Origin: a virus
Taxonomy: Duplodnaviria; Caudoviricetes
DNA: 64,000 bases
Virus record (IMG/VR): IMGVR_UViG_3300007754_000852
Direction: 5' to 3' (one strand)
Shown here: piece by piece, positions 11,875 through 20,519 of the stretch
Numbering within the stretch: position 1 is the stretch's first letter
How the letters are laid out: every line of letters starts with the position of its first letter
The notes under the pieces: generated by a model
The model's database searches: none
The model's input: the letters and a program-made list of their open reading frames with translations, nothing else
What the model was told of the DNA's origin: nothing
Position numbers and translations under genes: made by a program

Positions 11875-13190
11875 TATTGCTTTCCATTCATGCTAAAGAT
11901 ATCCCCTACGATGCTTAGAACACTATCATTTAATCTTTCAAGTTGTTTATATTTTTTATCATCTATTCCAAGAGAAAGCTTTTTATCAATGTTCTTTCTT
12001 AAGCCGTCTTTATACAGCACAAGAATTTCATCAAGCATCTCATTAGAAGATGATATCACATCATTTTCAGCAAGTGTCAGTGCAAGACCCTTTATTCCAA
12101 GAGATAGACTTCTGATTGTGATATCTTTAGGGTCAACACCGGGATATTGTGTCAATAATTCATTTTCTGTAAACTCATCACCAATAAATTCCCTTGCAAT
12201 ATCTCGTAAAAATGTTTTGATATTCTTGCTAACCAAGACCAAAGATGTATCTTTTCTCTGTCTAAACGGAACTATCTCACCGTCTCTTACCTTTGCAAGA
12301 ACGCCTCTGTCTCCTATTGACATGTTGAAATAGCTTCCAAGTGCTGTATAGAGATTTCCTATCGTATATCCCTTCTTCCCTTTTTCAGGAATCCATCTCC
12401 ACGGCATCCATCCCGACTCATCTTGAGATGAATCGTCCTCTTTTACATAGAGCGGAAATGTAACAATCGTATCTGCTTGAACGTGATCACCGCTTGGCAG
12501 TCTCAGTATGAGCAAAAGAGCTGAATCTGGGTTTTTATCTGCTCCATGAAGAGTTGCTGCAGTGTTAACATATTTTTCAATCTCAACAGACTGGTTTAAA
12601 AAATCAATCAATGAAGAGACATACTTCTTCTTTGTCAGGTTTTCTGCTTTCCTTATCTCATCAGGTGATGCACCAGACTCGACACCAACAGGAAATGACA
12701 CTGATACGTCTATGTCACCATACTCTGCATCGGGATCGTCAACAAGATGATAGTAAGATGATCCCACAGTAGTCACCACCTTGACGGCTTCCATTCCTTC
12801 AGACTCAAGATGCTTATTCCACATGTCAATGACAATCCTATAGACGTCAAATGTCATTGAAACTATCTCTGGATCGATCTTTACATGAGATGTGAGATGA
12901 GGGGCCTTGAGACCACCCTCCTTCAGAATTCCTGATTTTATCCCTTCTCTCTCTGCTACTTTCTTTAGATATCTTAAGGCACCTATGGCATCTTGAATTC
13001 TATGCATCTCTTTTCTATGCTTCAGCCTATTAGGGCCTTTTCTCAAAGAGTTTTTTACGAGAATTAATCTTGATATCATAGACTCTAAGTCATCTATGTG
13101 AACTCTAGACCCATAGTCTGCTGCAGTGCCATCTGACATCGACACAAGAGACTCTGCCACTTGCCTCATTACGTCACTATAGTCACCCAT
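11874..13190 (-). CDS. Pol-beta superfamily nucleotidyltransferase-like protein with N-terminal extension
   Basis: VGSSYY...YGDIDVSV and third acid in HVQADTIV; domain starts at ILKEGG like domain 3 of the 1365-aa protein. Confidence 0.6.
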   Translation of the reverse strand: MGDYSDVMRQVAESLVSMSDGTAADYGSRVHIDDLESMISRLILVKNSLRKGPNRLKHRKEMHRIQDAIGALRYLKKVAEREGIKSGILKEGGLKAPHLTSHVKIDPEIVSMTFDVYRIVIDMWNKHLESEGMEAVKVVTTVGSSYYHLVDDPDAEYGDIDVSVSFPVGVESGASPDEIRKAENLTKKKYVSSLIDFLNQSVEIEKYVNTAATLHGADKNPDSALLLILRLPSGDHVQADTIVTFPLYVKEDDSSQDESGWMPWRWIPEKGKKGYTIGNLYTALGSYFNMSIGDRGVLAKVRDGEIVPFRQRKDTSLVLVSKNIKTFLRDIAREFIGDEFTENELLTQYPGVDPKDITIRSLSLGIKGLALTLAENDVISSSNEMLDEILVLYKDGLRKNIDKKLSLGIDDKKYKQLERLNDSVLSIVGDIFSMNGKQ

Positions 13191-13232
13191 TAGAGAACGC
13201 CTCCAACGATAAATATGTTTTAATATTAGTGT

Positions 13233-13445
13233 TTATGATTCATCAACAACAACCCAGTCTGGATCTGATTCAACATTATCAAGGGCCGACTTTACACTTC
13301 CGTGAATAAACATCCTTATATCATCATCAGTTACATCATCGCCATCAGGAATTTTAAAGTGATTTCTTACATGCAGCAAGAATGACTCAGTCAGATCTAC
13401 CTCAAGACTACCACCACCAGGTAGCTGTATTATTTTTTTCTGCAT
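13233..13445 (-). CDS. Hypothetical protein
   Basis: 70-aa ORF directly behind a promoter-like sequence. Confidence 0.7.
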   Translation of the reverse strand: MQKKIIQLPGGGSLEVDLTESFLLHVRNHFKIPDGDDVTDDDIRMFIHGSVKSALDNVESDPDWVVVDES

Positions 13446-13450
13446 GATTT

Positions 13451-13479
13451 ATCATACAGGGCTTTCTTTAAAAGTACAC
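13451..13479 (-). promoter_or_regulatory. Sigma70-type promoter, probably giving a leaderless mRNA
   Basis: GTGTAC-N17-TATGAT, 5 nt before ATG 13445, no SD. Confidence 0.45.
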
Positions 13480-13484
13480 AATTA

Positions 13485-14165
13485 TTATAGAGACATCAAG
13501 CTTCTTACTTTCTCTCTTATCTCATTTACCCTCTGTTCTCCAACTCGAATCGGAGGAGATGTATCTTCTGGGCCGTGCTTCTCTTCTTCTTCCTCTTCAT
13601 CATCTGTATGATCTATCCCTGCTGTATCTTTCTCTGGCTCTTGAACAATGTCTTCTTCTCCAGCAGACATTTTTATATTTTCTGGGGGCTCACTAGGATC
13701 TTGCGCATCTGCACCGGTCACTGATCCTGTCAATATCCCAGCAAATGATCTCAAGAAAATTAGAAGGACCTGCCTCTCTTGATCATCTAGTCTGTCAAAA
13801 TATGTTCTCATCTGAGCACTTATTTGACTATCATCAACAGACCTTCCGCTTCGTAGAGTCTTGATTGCATCTGCAACACTATCAAGAGATACCTCTATGT
13901 CATTTTCATCGCTTTCAGGCTGCGTAGGCTCATTATCGTCTTCTGATTTTGTAGACAGCGATAGATCATCATCTACGTCACCTGATTGACTGTCTTGTTC
14001 ATCAACCTTATATACATCTTTATCAACCTTAAGCATGTCAGAGATTCTACCTTGCATAGGATCAACATTTGACACTGCAGACGTCGCCTCTTTTACACTT
14101 TCTTCAGCTAAAATCTTTAAAAACATCTCAACATCATCGGTGCTCTTAAGTCTTACTGTGCTCAT
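13485..14165 (-). CDS. Acidic low-complexity hypothetical protein
   Basis: 226-aa ORF, GGAGAG RBS. Confidence 0.75.
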   Translation of the reverse strand: MSTVRLKSTDDVEMFLKILAEESVKEATSAVSNVDPMQGRISDMLKVDKDVYKVDEQDSQSGDVDDDLSLSTKSEDDNEPTQPESDENDIEVSLDSVADAIKTLRSGRSVDDSQISAQMRTYFDRLDDQERQVLLIFLRSFAGILTGSVTGADAQDPSEPPENIKMSAGEEDIVQEPEKDTAGIDHTDDEEEEEEKHGPEDTSPPIRVGEQRVNEIREKVRSLMSL

Positions 14166-14338
14166 TTTTTCTCTCCATACTTTATTCTATTTTGCCATAG
14201 CTCACGATATAGACGATTATACTGTCTCTGGGGAATCTCTTCAGGCCTTCCTGTATCTTCATTTGTCATATTGTGATCAATCTTTTCCCGGTTGCATATA
14301 TCATCGATAAACTTATCAAAATTAAATTTTTGGCTCAT
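14162..14338 (-). CDS. 58-aa hypothetical protein (below the ORF-track cut-off)
   Basis: MSQKFNFDKFIDDICNREK...LWQNRIKYGEKK*; AAGGGTG RBS; TGA overlaps the next ATG. Confidence 0.7.
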   Translation of the reverse strand: MSQKFNFDKFIDDICNREKIDHNMTNEDTGRPEEIPQRQYNRLYRELWQNRIKYGEKK

Positions 14339-14368
14339 GTAATCACCCTTTAAAGATAACTATTTGTG

Positions 14369-14770
14369 TTATTGGTTCGTTACTGTTATCTCACAATCAT
14401 ATTCATCTTCACCAATAAAGATCGACGACTGTCTCATAACATTTACGCTGTCTAAATTAAGCGACGAACCAGAGCTTGTCTCTAGTATCTTAATTTTTTT
14501 AATTCTTCCAGAAAGAAGGTTCATCGCCTTAATTGCATTGCATGAAAATGATATCGTTATCTCATCTTGCTTCTTTTCTATCTTTTTAACATAGCGCTCA
14601 ATTTTATCGTTTTCTAAGATAATTTTGCACATTATGCTAGCTTCTACATCATTATAGAACTGTGTGATATCAATCTTTTCAACCAGTGAATCGCTCATTA
14701 TTACAGATTTTTTATTAATGTTCGTCATCTTATAAGCTGATATATCTTGTGTCATCATATATCTCATCAC
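14369..14770 (-). CDS. Hypothetical protein
   Basis: ORF fills the gap; true start may be an internal Met. Confidence 0.55.
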   Translation of the reverse strand: MMRYMMTQDISAYKMTNINKKSVIMSDSLVEKIDITQFYNDVEASIMCKIILENDKIERYVKKIEKKQDEITISFSCNAIKAMNLLSGRIKKIKILETSSGSSLNLDSVNVMRQSSIFIGEDEYDCEITVTNQ

Positions 14771-15125
14771 AAAATCGTGATATTTTCTGATCCTGTTCTG
14801 TTACACCGTTTACATCTTTGGTAAATGTCTCAATTCTAACTAACAGGCCATCGACGATGATCATAATATCGTGATGTATTCTTTTTTGCTCACCTAGTAC
14901 CTCATTAATAAAGTATCTTGCTCTGTCATAGTTATCAAACTGAAAGCCTTTGACTAGCCTCTCTGGCTCATGTAAAACCTGCCATGATGAAATAGAAGCC
15001 TTTATCGGAGAATCACTAGATGGCATTCCAACAATTGACTCAACAATTCTCTCGCTTCTCTTGCGATCTCCTCGACACTCTATAAATTTTTTATTATCAA
15101 TCAGGTCTAAAAGCGTTCTCATCAC
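14730..15125 (-). CDS. Pterin-4-alpha-carbinolamine dehydratase-like protein with N-terminal extension
   Basis: W...LVKGFQFDNY...FINEV...HHDIMI...TFTKDVNGVTEQD resembles the PCD/PhhB pattern. Confidence 0.7.
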   Translation of the reverse strand: MMRTLLDLIDNKKFIECRGDRKRSERIVESIVGMPSSDSPIKASISSWQVLHEPERLVKGFQFDNYDRARYFINEVLGEQKRIHHDIMIIVDGLLVRIETFTKDVNGVTEQDQKISRFCDEIYDDTRYISL

Positions 15126-16927
15126 TACCTTCTAAACTTTGAAACACGCTTTGGAGCTGTAGCGAGAGCCTTCTCTAACATCCTATATGAAGCCTCTTCA
15201 TCAAAAACAATATTTTCAATATCATTGATTATTCCTATCATATAGTCATCATATTTTTCTGATGAATAAATTTCATCATCGCTAGATCGCCTAAATACAC
15301 CATCGGCATTGAGCTGTTGAATAAATGCACGGACTCCACCCTCTTTTGCGCCTTTTGTCTTGTCTGCATCAAGGACGTCTTTTGCAACCTGTTGTATAAA
15401 TGCAACAACAGACTCAAATGCATTTCTTTTATCAATATATGACTGTGACTCAACATCAACGTCTCTTGTGTTGATGGCAGTGTTTTGAACAACAAGATAT
15501 CCACCAAGTCCATCAGGATCATCAGGATCATCAGAGTCAACATCTGGAAAAATGGAATTGTCTGCATCAAGAAGATCATTGACAATTGTCATCTCAGCGT
15601 CATCATCATATCCAACTGACTCGACATAATCTCTTAAAACAGACCTAAACACATTATAAATTGCTGCAACTATCTGATCTTGCGCCTTTAATTTCAGCGG
15701 ATCATATGTTGATGGAATCTTCTTTGTCGTCGGAAAGCCCAGCGTAGCTGCATCTTCTGGATCGAATCCAAAAACCTTTAAATCATCATATAGAATGTTC
15801 TGAATATTGTTTGTCTTTAATCCCGTCTCATCAGATATTCTATCCTTTAATGCTTGCATTGCTTTTTGTGACATTTGCAATCCAATTCCCTCATCCTCAA
15901 GAATCTCATCTCTCAGCTGCCTTCTTATCTTTGCTGCCTCATCTGGGTTTATATTTTCATCGGCTGCGATCTGATCAACGGTATTTTCTGGCTCTCTTGC
16001 TTCTTGTTCTGTCTCATCAGCAAGAGCTTTGAGTCTTTTTGCTCCTTGCACATCACCCTGGGCCGCGATCTCATCTGCCCTGGCCCTAAGAGCACTAGCC
16101 AAGTTAACACCTGTTAGACCTGTTTCCTTTCTAATCTTTGCAAGCTCTTTGGTTGATGATCTTGATTCTGCCTCTTCTTTTCCTGCTGCAACATATCCAG
16201 CAACCTCTTCAGGGGTGACATCTCTGCTTCCAAGAACTGATGATAGATATTCTAAGACCTTTCCCCTAACCTCTTTCTTTTCATCATCAGAGAGGTCTTT
16301 CATCATCTGCTTAATTCTTCGATTATTTCTCATCTCTCCGATTGCCTTAAGATGAACTAATCTTGTGTCAGTTCCTCTAACCACAGAGTGACCAGTCTCA
16401 GAATCTATATCAACATTGGCAAATAGCGCAGGATTTTTCATAAAATAATCAACAATAGCATCAGTTGCAACCTGAACATCATCTTCTATGCTAAGCGGTC
16501 TGTCAAGATCATCATCTAGATCATCAAGCATTCCCTCAACTATCTGCCTAAACGCTTTCTCATGAATCGTCGTTTGATCATCATCACTTTTTCCATAGAC
16601 TTTTTCATCGTGCTTGTCAATGGACAGGTCTAGAAGCTGATGTAATCGTCTATAGAAAAATTCTATTTGATCAGCAGGAACCTCATTAGATATCACAGAT
16701 GACGCCCTCGATAGCTCCTCCTGATTTGATGGAATGTACTCAGGATCATCAACAGGAGGAATGTCAGCAGATAGCTGGACAGCCATCTGGGGGGTTGGTT
16801 CTATTGGCTCTTCATCACTCTTCGCTGGGATGTCGCTGATATTGCTAGACTTCGGACTTCTATCTTCAGATAGAATTCTTCCTATTGCATCTCTCAGGGC
16901 ACGCTTATTTACTATGACACGCATCAA
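15125..16927 (-). CDS. 600-aa acidic hypothetical protein (likely start ATG 16924)
   Basis: Long ORF; GAGAGG RBS; LRDAIGRILSED motif. Confidence 0.75.
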   Translation of the reverse strand: MMRVIVNKRALRDAIGRILSEDRSPKSSNISDIPAKSDEEPIEPTPQMAVQLSADIPPVDDPEYIPSNQEELSRASSVISNEVPADQIEFFYRRLHQLLDLSIDKHDEKVYGKSDDDQTTIHEKAFRQIVEGMLDDLDDDLDRPLSIEDDVQVATDAIVDYFMKNPALFANVDIDSETGHSVVRGTDTRLVHLKAIGEMRNNRRIKQMMKDLSDDEKKEVRGKVLEYLSSVLGSRDVTPEEVAGYVAAGKEEAESRSSTKELAKIRKETGLTGVNLASALRARADEIAAQGDVQGAKRLKALADETEQEAREPENTVDQIAADENINPDEAAKIRRQLRDEILEDEGIGLQMSQKAMQALKDRISDETGLKTNNIQNILYDDLKVFGFDPEDAATLGFPTTKKIPSTYDPLKLKAQDQIVAAIYNVFRSVLRDYVESVGYDDDAEMTIVNDLLDADNSIFPDVDSDDPDDPDGLGGYLVVQNTAINTRDVDVESQSYIDKRNAFESVVAFIQQVAKDVLDADKTKGAKEGGVRAFIQQLNADGVFRRSSDDEIYSSEKYDDYMIGIINDIENIVFDEEASYRMLEKALATAPKRVSKFRR

Positions 16928-16959
16928 AACCTCTCAACAATAGGTATCTAAGATGTCGC

Positions 16960-17400
16960 TTAATTTGCTGTATTTGCCTGAGAAACAGCCCAAACTCCAA
17001 CAGATGTTGCTAGTATTCCTGTCAAAATTCCTCCTACATACCATGCTGACACTGACGGGCTATTTCTTTTTAACATCTCATCAGTTAAAAGCTCTATGTG
17101 ATCATTCTTTAGATCGATTATTTGACTGCTTCTTTCCTCACAGGATTCTGCTTTAACTCTTTCAACATCAATAAGATATTGTGTTTCTGCTTCTTGAACG
17201 TCTAAAGCCTCACTCATCTTAAGCTCACAAAGCTCCTGTGAGCTTTCTAACTCAATTAACAATCTTGCTGATGCATTTGTGCTAAATAGAGTTCCAGAAA
17301 ACGGTGCTTCCTCACCTGCCTGAATAGTTGTGACCTGCTCAGAGTCCTGTGCGTATGATGATCCACACAAAGGGAACAGAGAAAATAAGAAAAACATCAT
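16960..17400 (-). CDS. Signal-peptide, coiled-coil, C-terminal TM protein
   Basis: Hydrophobic N-terminus, helical middle, WYVGGILTGILATSVGVW tail. Confidence 0.6.
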   Translation of the reverse strand: MMFFLFSLFPLCGSSYAQDSEQVTTIQAGEEAPFSGTLFSTNASARLLIELESSQELCELKMSEALDVQEAETQYLIDVERVKAESCEERSSQIIDLKNDHIELLTDEMLKRNSPSVSAWYVGGILTGILATSVGVWAVSQANTAN

Positions 17401-17801
17401 AGCATTATCTCAAAGCCCGTGATGTCTGCAAGCCTTTTTGTAATTGTATCTGGGTCATCAAGATTTTCCTCAAGAACCTTCTCAACCTCTTTTCTTTTTT
17501 TCTTATCAAGCTTTTTATTTTCAAGCTCATATTTTTCCTCTATCTGTTTTATAGCTACCTTTCTTACATTTTCAAGCTCAAGCATTTTTTCAATTTGACT
17601 CTCATATGATGAATTTATCACATTTATTTCATCATTATATAGCTGTCTTGTTTTATCAAGAGCTTCACTTAATGATCTAGTTTTATTTCGAGATACTACA
17701 CTAATAATAGCAAATGAAAGGATTGCTAGCGATAATTCCCAGTGAGACTTCACCCAGACGCTAATTTTTTTTAATACGTGCCTAAGTTTAAAAAATTTCA
17801 T
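17397..17801 (-). CDS. N-terminal TM plus coiled-coil protein (inner-spanin-like topology)
   Basis: WELSLAILSFAIISVV then charged heptads. Confidence 0.5.
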   Translation of the reverse strand: MKFFKLRHVLKKISVWVKSHWELSLAILSFAIISVVSRNKTRSLSEALDKTRQLYNDEINVINSSYESQIEKMLELENVRKVAIKQIEEKYELENKKLDKKKRKEVEKVLEENLDDPDTITKRLADITGFEIML

Positions 17802-17802
17802 T

Positions 17803-17991
17803 TTAGCTATTGTGTCGGTATGCCTTCATGGCATCAACCGCAGCCTGACTACCGATGTACACTATTGCTATCATGCCCCATGTTTCAGACGTCAATCCAT
17901 CCCACACCATCAGGCCTGTTGCTGATAGAAACACTAACAGCTTTCTAGAGATCATCTTTTCTAGAAGGCTGTCTAAATGACCTTTTATCAT
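17803..17991 (-). CDS. Two-TM small protein, holin-like
   Basis: SRKLLVFLSATGLMVW and WGMIAIVYIGSQAAVD, basic C-terminus. Confidence 0.45.
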   Translation of the reverse strand: MIKGHLDSLLEKMISRKLLVFLSATGLMVWDGLTSETWGMIAIVYIGSQAAVDAMKAYRHNS

Positions 17992-17992
17992 A

Positions 17993-18226
17993 TTAGTTCT
18001 CGTTTTCAGTTGTCTCTGTGTTCGCCTCAGCCGTCTCTGCGGCCTCTGCGGCCTGTGTTGTAGTTTCTGTTGTCTCTGTTGCTACCTCGACTGTTTCAAC
18101 ATCATCTGACTCGACAGCCGACGGTTCATATACACATTTACCATATGTAGTTGCAACAACGAGAGCACCACCTACAAGATAAACCTCAACCTTCCACTTT
18201 TTTAATAATTCTTTTAAGCCATTCAT
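17993..18226 (-). CDS. Small membrane protein with Thr/Glu/Ala-rich tail
   Basis: Single TM then ETTET repeats; CAGGAG RBS. Confidence 0.65.
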   Translation of the reverse strand: MNGLKELLKKWKVEVYLVGGALVVATTYGKCVYEPSAVESDDVETVEVATETTETTTQAAEAAETAEANTETTENEN

Positions 18227-18288
18227 GCTTATTCTCCTGTTTGATTAAAAATTATATATAGAAGTAGTGAAAATATAAAATTTCTTAA

Positions 18289-18612
18289 TCAATTAATTAA
18301 ATCATCGTCGACATCTGGTATTGTGAATATGATACTCCCTGTCCCACCCTTTCCAGCAGTCTTCTGATCAAACATAGATATCGTATCAAGAATTTCATTT
18401 TGAACAGCACCAAGCGTCGATATTACATATGACTGCTTTATAATGACAGTTTCAAGATCATAAATCACATCTTCAAGAGATGATATCTTTTTCATTATCT
18501 CATCTCTATTACTAGGCACACTATCTTTGCCATTGCTTGTAGAAAACCTTTTAAAAAGATTATTTAAAAAACATCTTATCTTCTGAAACATTAGCTTAAT
18601 CCTTCTTATCAA
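18289..18612 (-). CDS. Hypothetical coiled-coil protein
   Basis: 107-aa ORF. Confidence 0.6.
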   Translation of the reverse strand: MIRRIKLMFQKIRCFLNNLFKRFSTSNGKDSVPSNRDEIMKKISSLEDVIYDLETVIIKQSYVISTLGAVQNEILDTISMFDQKTAGKGGTGSIIFTIPDVDDDLIN

Positions 18613-18886
18613 GAGGATTATCTGCAGCTATTATTTCAAATAATGACTCTGCATCAGTCCTTGATAACTTCTTAATGATTTTATCACGTTTTTTCTGCGA
18701 GAGCTCTTCCATCATTCTCATCATGTCAGGAGACTCAGATGCTATTCTCTGTGATATTTCTTCAAATATCTCTTGCATCGATAATCTATTTTTAAAACAA
18801 GCTATTCTTACGGCACTATGTGTTTCTCGAGTTGTTGTGAAGTGAATTGACTTCTTTGTTTCAAAATCAACATAGTCTTTGCTCAC
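18596..18886 (-). CDS. Hypothetical, possibly ribbon-helix-helix-like
   Basis: GTG at 18886 overlaps the upstream TGA (GTGA) with GGAGGAG RBS; KKSIHFTTTRETHSAVRIAC. Confidence 0.55.
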   Translation of the reverse strand: MSKDYVDFETKKSIHFTTTRETHSAVRIACFKNRLSMQEIFEEISQRIASESPDMMRMMEELSQKKRDKIIKKLSRTDAESLFEIIAADNPLDKKD

Positions 18887-19482
18887 ACCGCTCCTCCACC
18901 ACCGCCGCCAAGGCCTCCCGTGCCCCCAGCCCATGCACCTGTAGCAAACGGAGCTACAGGATGATCGGCATCGTCGTCAATGCTGATGTCAAACTGTGTG
19001 TGTAGTATTTCCTTCATCTCACTCACATGATCATTGTCGTAATGATCTGCAAGAAAACTTGATGCTCGATTCACGATCGCTGCCTTTATGTCAAGAAGAA
19101 CCTCATTATTCATTACAAGTCTTGCAACTCTCTTTGTAAAGGCGTCTATGTCAATAGGGGGCTTAGGCGGCTCTAGAGACTCATCACTCTCTTCGCTATC
19201 TGTCTCACTGTCATCATCTACCTCCTCTTCATCATCAGCAGCACCCTCTTCACCCTCTTCAGCATCCTGTTCTAAAAATAGCTTTCTAAGAGATGTTGAC
19301 GACATTGACTCCATCATCATATCATCATCAGATGACATTGAATCCTTTTCAAACTTTATTAAAAATGCATCAATCTGATCATCAACAGAGTCAGCTGATC
19401 TTTTTTCATCACTACTGTCAGGTGACATCATCTCATCCATCTGCTCAAGTATTAGTCTTCTAAGTGTCTTTTTGTCAATCAT
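18883..19482 (-). CDS. Acidic hypothetical protein with Gly-rich tail
   Basis: LRRLILEQ and LRKLFLEQ motifs; GGTGGLGGGGGGAV C-terminus. Confidence 0.75.
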   Translation of the reverse strand: MIDKKTLRRLILEQMDEMMSPDSSDEKRSADSVDDQIDAFLIKFEKDSMSSDDDMMMESMSSTSLRKLFLEQDAEEGEEGAADDEEEVDDDSETDSEESDESLEPPKPPIDIDAFTKRVARLVMNNEVLLDIKAAIVNRASSFLADHYDNDHVSEMKEILHTQFDISIDDDADHPVAPFATGAWAGGTGGLGGGGGGAV

Positions 19483-19483
19483 G

Positions 19484-20191
19484 TTATGTCCTTAAGGCAT
19501 TCTGAATTTTTTCTGCCCTGTTAACTCTTCCCTCGATCACAGTCCAATTTAATTGTTTCATCATTGCATGAACATATGTTCTTACATCTGTTAAATAGTC
19601 TCGATAGTACGCATGTTGCCACAGGTCTAAGGCTATGATCGGATATGAGCCAACAGGAACTTGTATGCTGTGAAGGTCAACGACGCAGTTCATATATCGC
19701 TGAAGATATGAATTATACACCGTCATAGCCCAGCCACATCTAGATGACATGCAGCATGCTATGAAGTCCTCTTGCCAGGCATCAAAGGTCCCAAAGTCTC
19801 TAGAAAGCCGCATATATGAAAGTGAATCCATTGATATATTGCTATGAAGATCACTTATATTTGAGAAGTATAGCTCATGCAAATAAGCTGCGTTCATATT
19901 GTGAACTTCATCAATCTTTAACGATCTAAACTTAGAATAGTTTGAATCTGCCTCTGATCGATTAACAGCGTCTAGCTCAGCACTTATCCTATTAAATTTT
20001 TCAACATAGCCCTCGTATAGTGCGACATGGCTCTTTTTATTTGCCATGCTTAAAAGCTCTGTAGGAAGATCATGATGCTTTGGCTGTGCAACATATGCCT
20101 CATCTAGAGTCTTGTCGTCTCTAGCATCATTGTCTAGACCAAGTGAATCTCGTATGTTCTTTCTTAGATCATCATTTGTAAAGCTTGACAT
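19484..20191 (-). CDS. Fe/Mn superoxide dismutase family protein with ~30-aa N-terminal extension
   Basis: SHVALYEGYV, LHELYF, DFGTFDAW, GWAM, PIIALDLWQHAYYRDY, LNW. Confidence 0.85.
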   Translation of the reverse strand: MSSFTNDDLRKNIRDSLGLDNDARDDKTLDEAYVAQPKHHDLPTELLSMANKKSHVALYEGYVEKFNRISAELDAVNRSEADSNYSKFRSLKIDEVHNMNAAYLHELYFSNISDLHSNISMDSLSYMRLSRDFGTFDAWQEDFIACCMSSRCGWAMTVYNSYLQRYMNCVVDLHSIQVPVGSYPIIALDLWQHAYYRDYLTDVRTYVHAMMKQLNWTVIEGRVNRAEKIQNALRT

Positions 20192-20499
20192 TATTTCCTC
20201 TCATAGTCTTTAAACTCTTTCTTTTGTATCTCTATTGTCATACCAGGCCTATTACATATAACTTTTGGATTTGACCTGTCTGATACGTCAACATATACAA
20301 CTGTATAGTCGATTCCTGTTTCTTTATGCTTTATCTTCAGCCCAGGTCTTACAATTAATCTTTTATCGTCACCTTTTCCGACAAAGAGATCTAAGCCTTC
20401 AATCACACGAGGCCTTATTTCATTAACAATATTTTGTATATCATCTTTTGTGTATGTTTCCAACACTTTCTCCGTGTGATGCCTCAATATAAATATCAA
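20191..20499 (-). CDS. Hypothetical protein (likely start GTG 20466)
   Basis: GGAG RBS before GTG 20466; PGLKIKHKETGIDYTV. Confidence 0.65.
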   Translation of the reverse strand: MIFILRHHTEKVLETYTKDDIQNIVNEIRPRVIEGLDLFVGKGDDKRLIVRPGLKIKHKETGIDYTVVYVDVSDRSNPKVICNRPGMTIEIQKKEFKDYERK

Positions 20500-20519
20500 G
20501 AATTCTTGGTTATTTAATT

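Noticed and set aside
11874-13190. Calling the NTase a CD-NTase/cGAS-like or CCA-adding enzyme
   Set aside because: Only the generic GS/DxD motif is visible; subfamily cannot be assigned by eye.
18887-18934. G-rich run and track ORF extension MGWGHGRPWRRWWR
   Set aside because: This is the alternative frame of the Gly-rich tail of the upstream gene; the GTGA overlap gives a better start at 18886.
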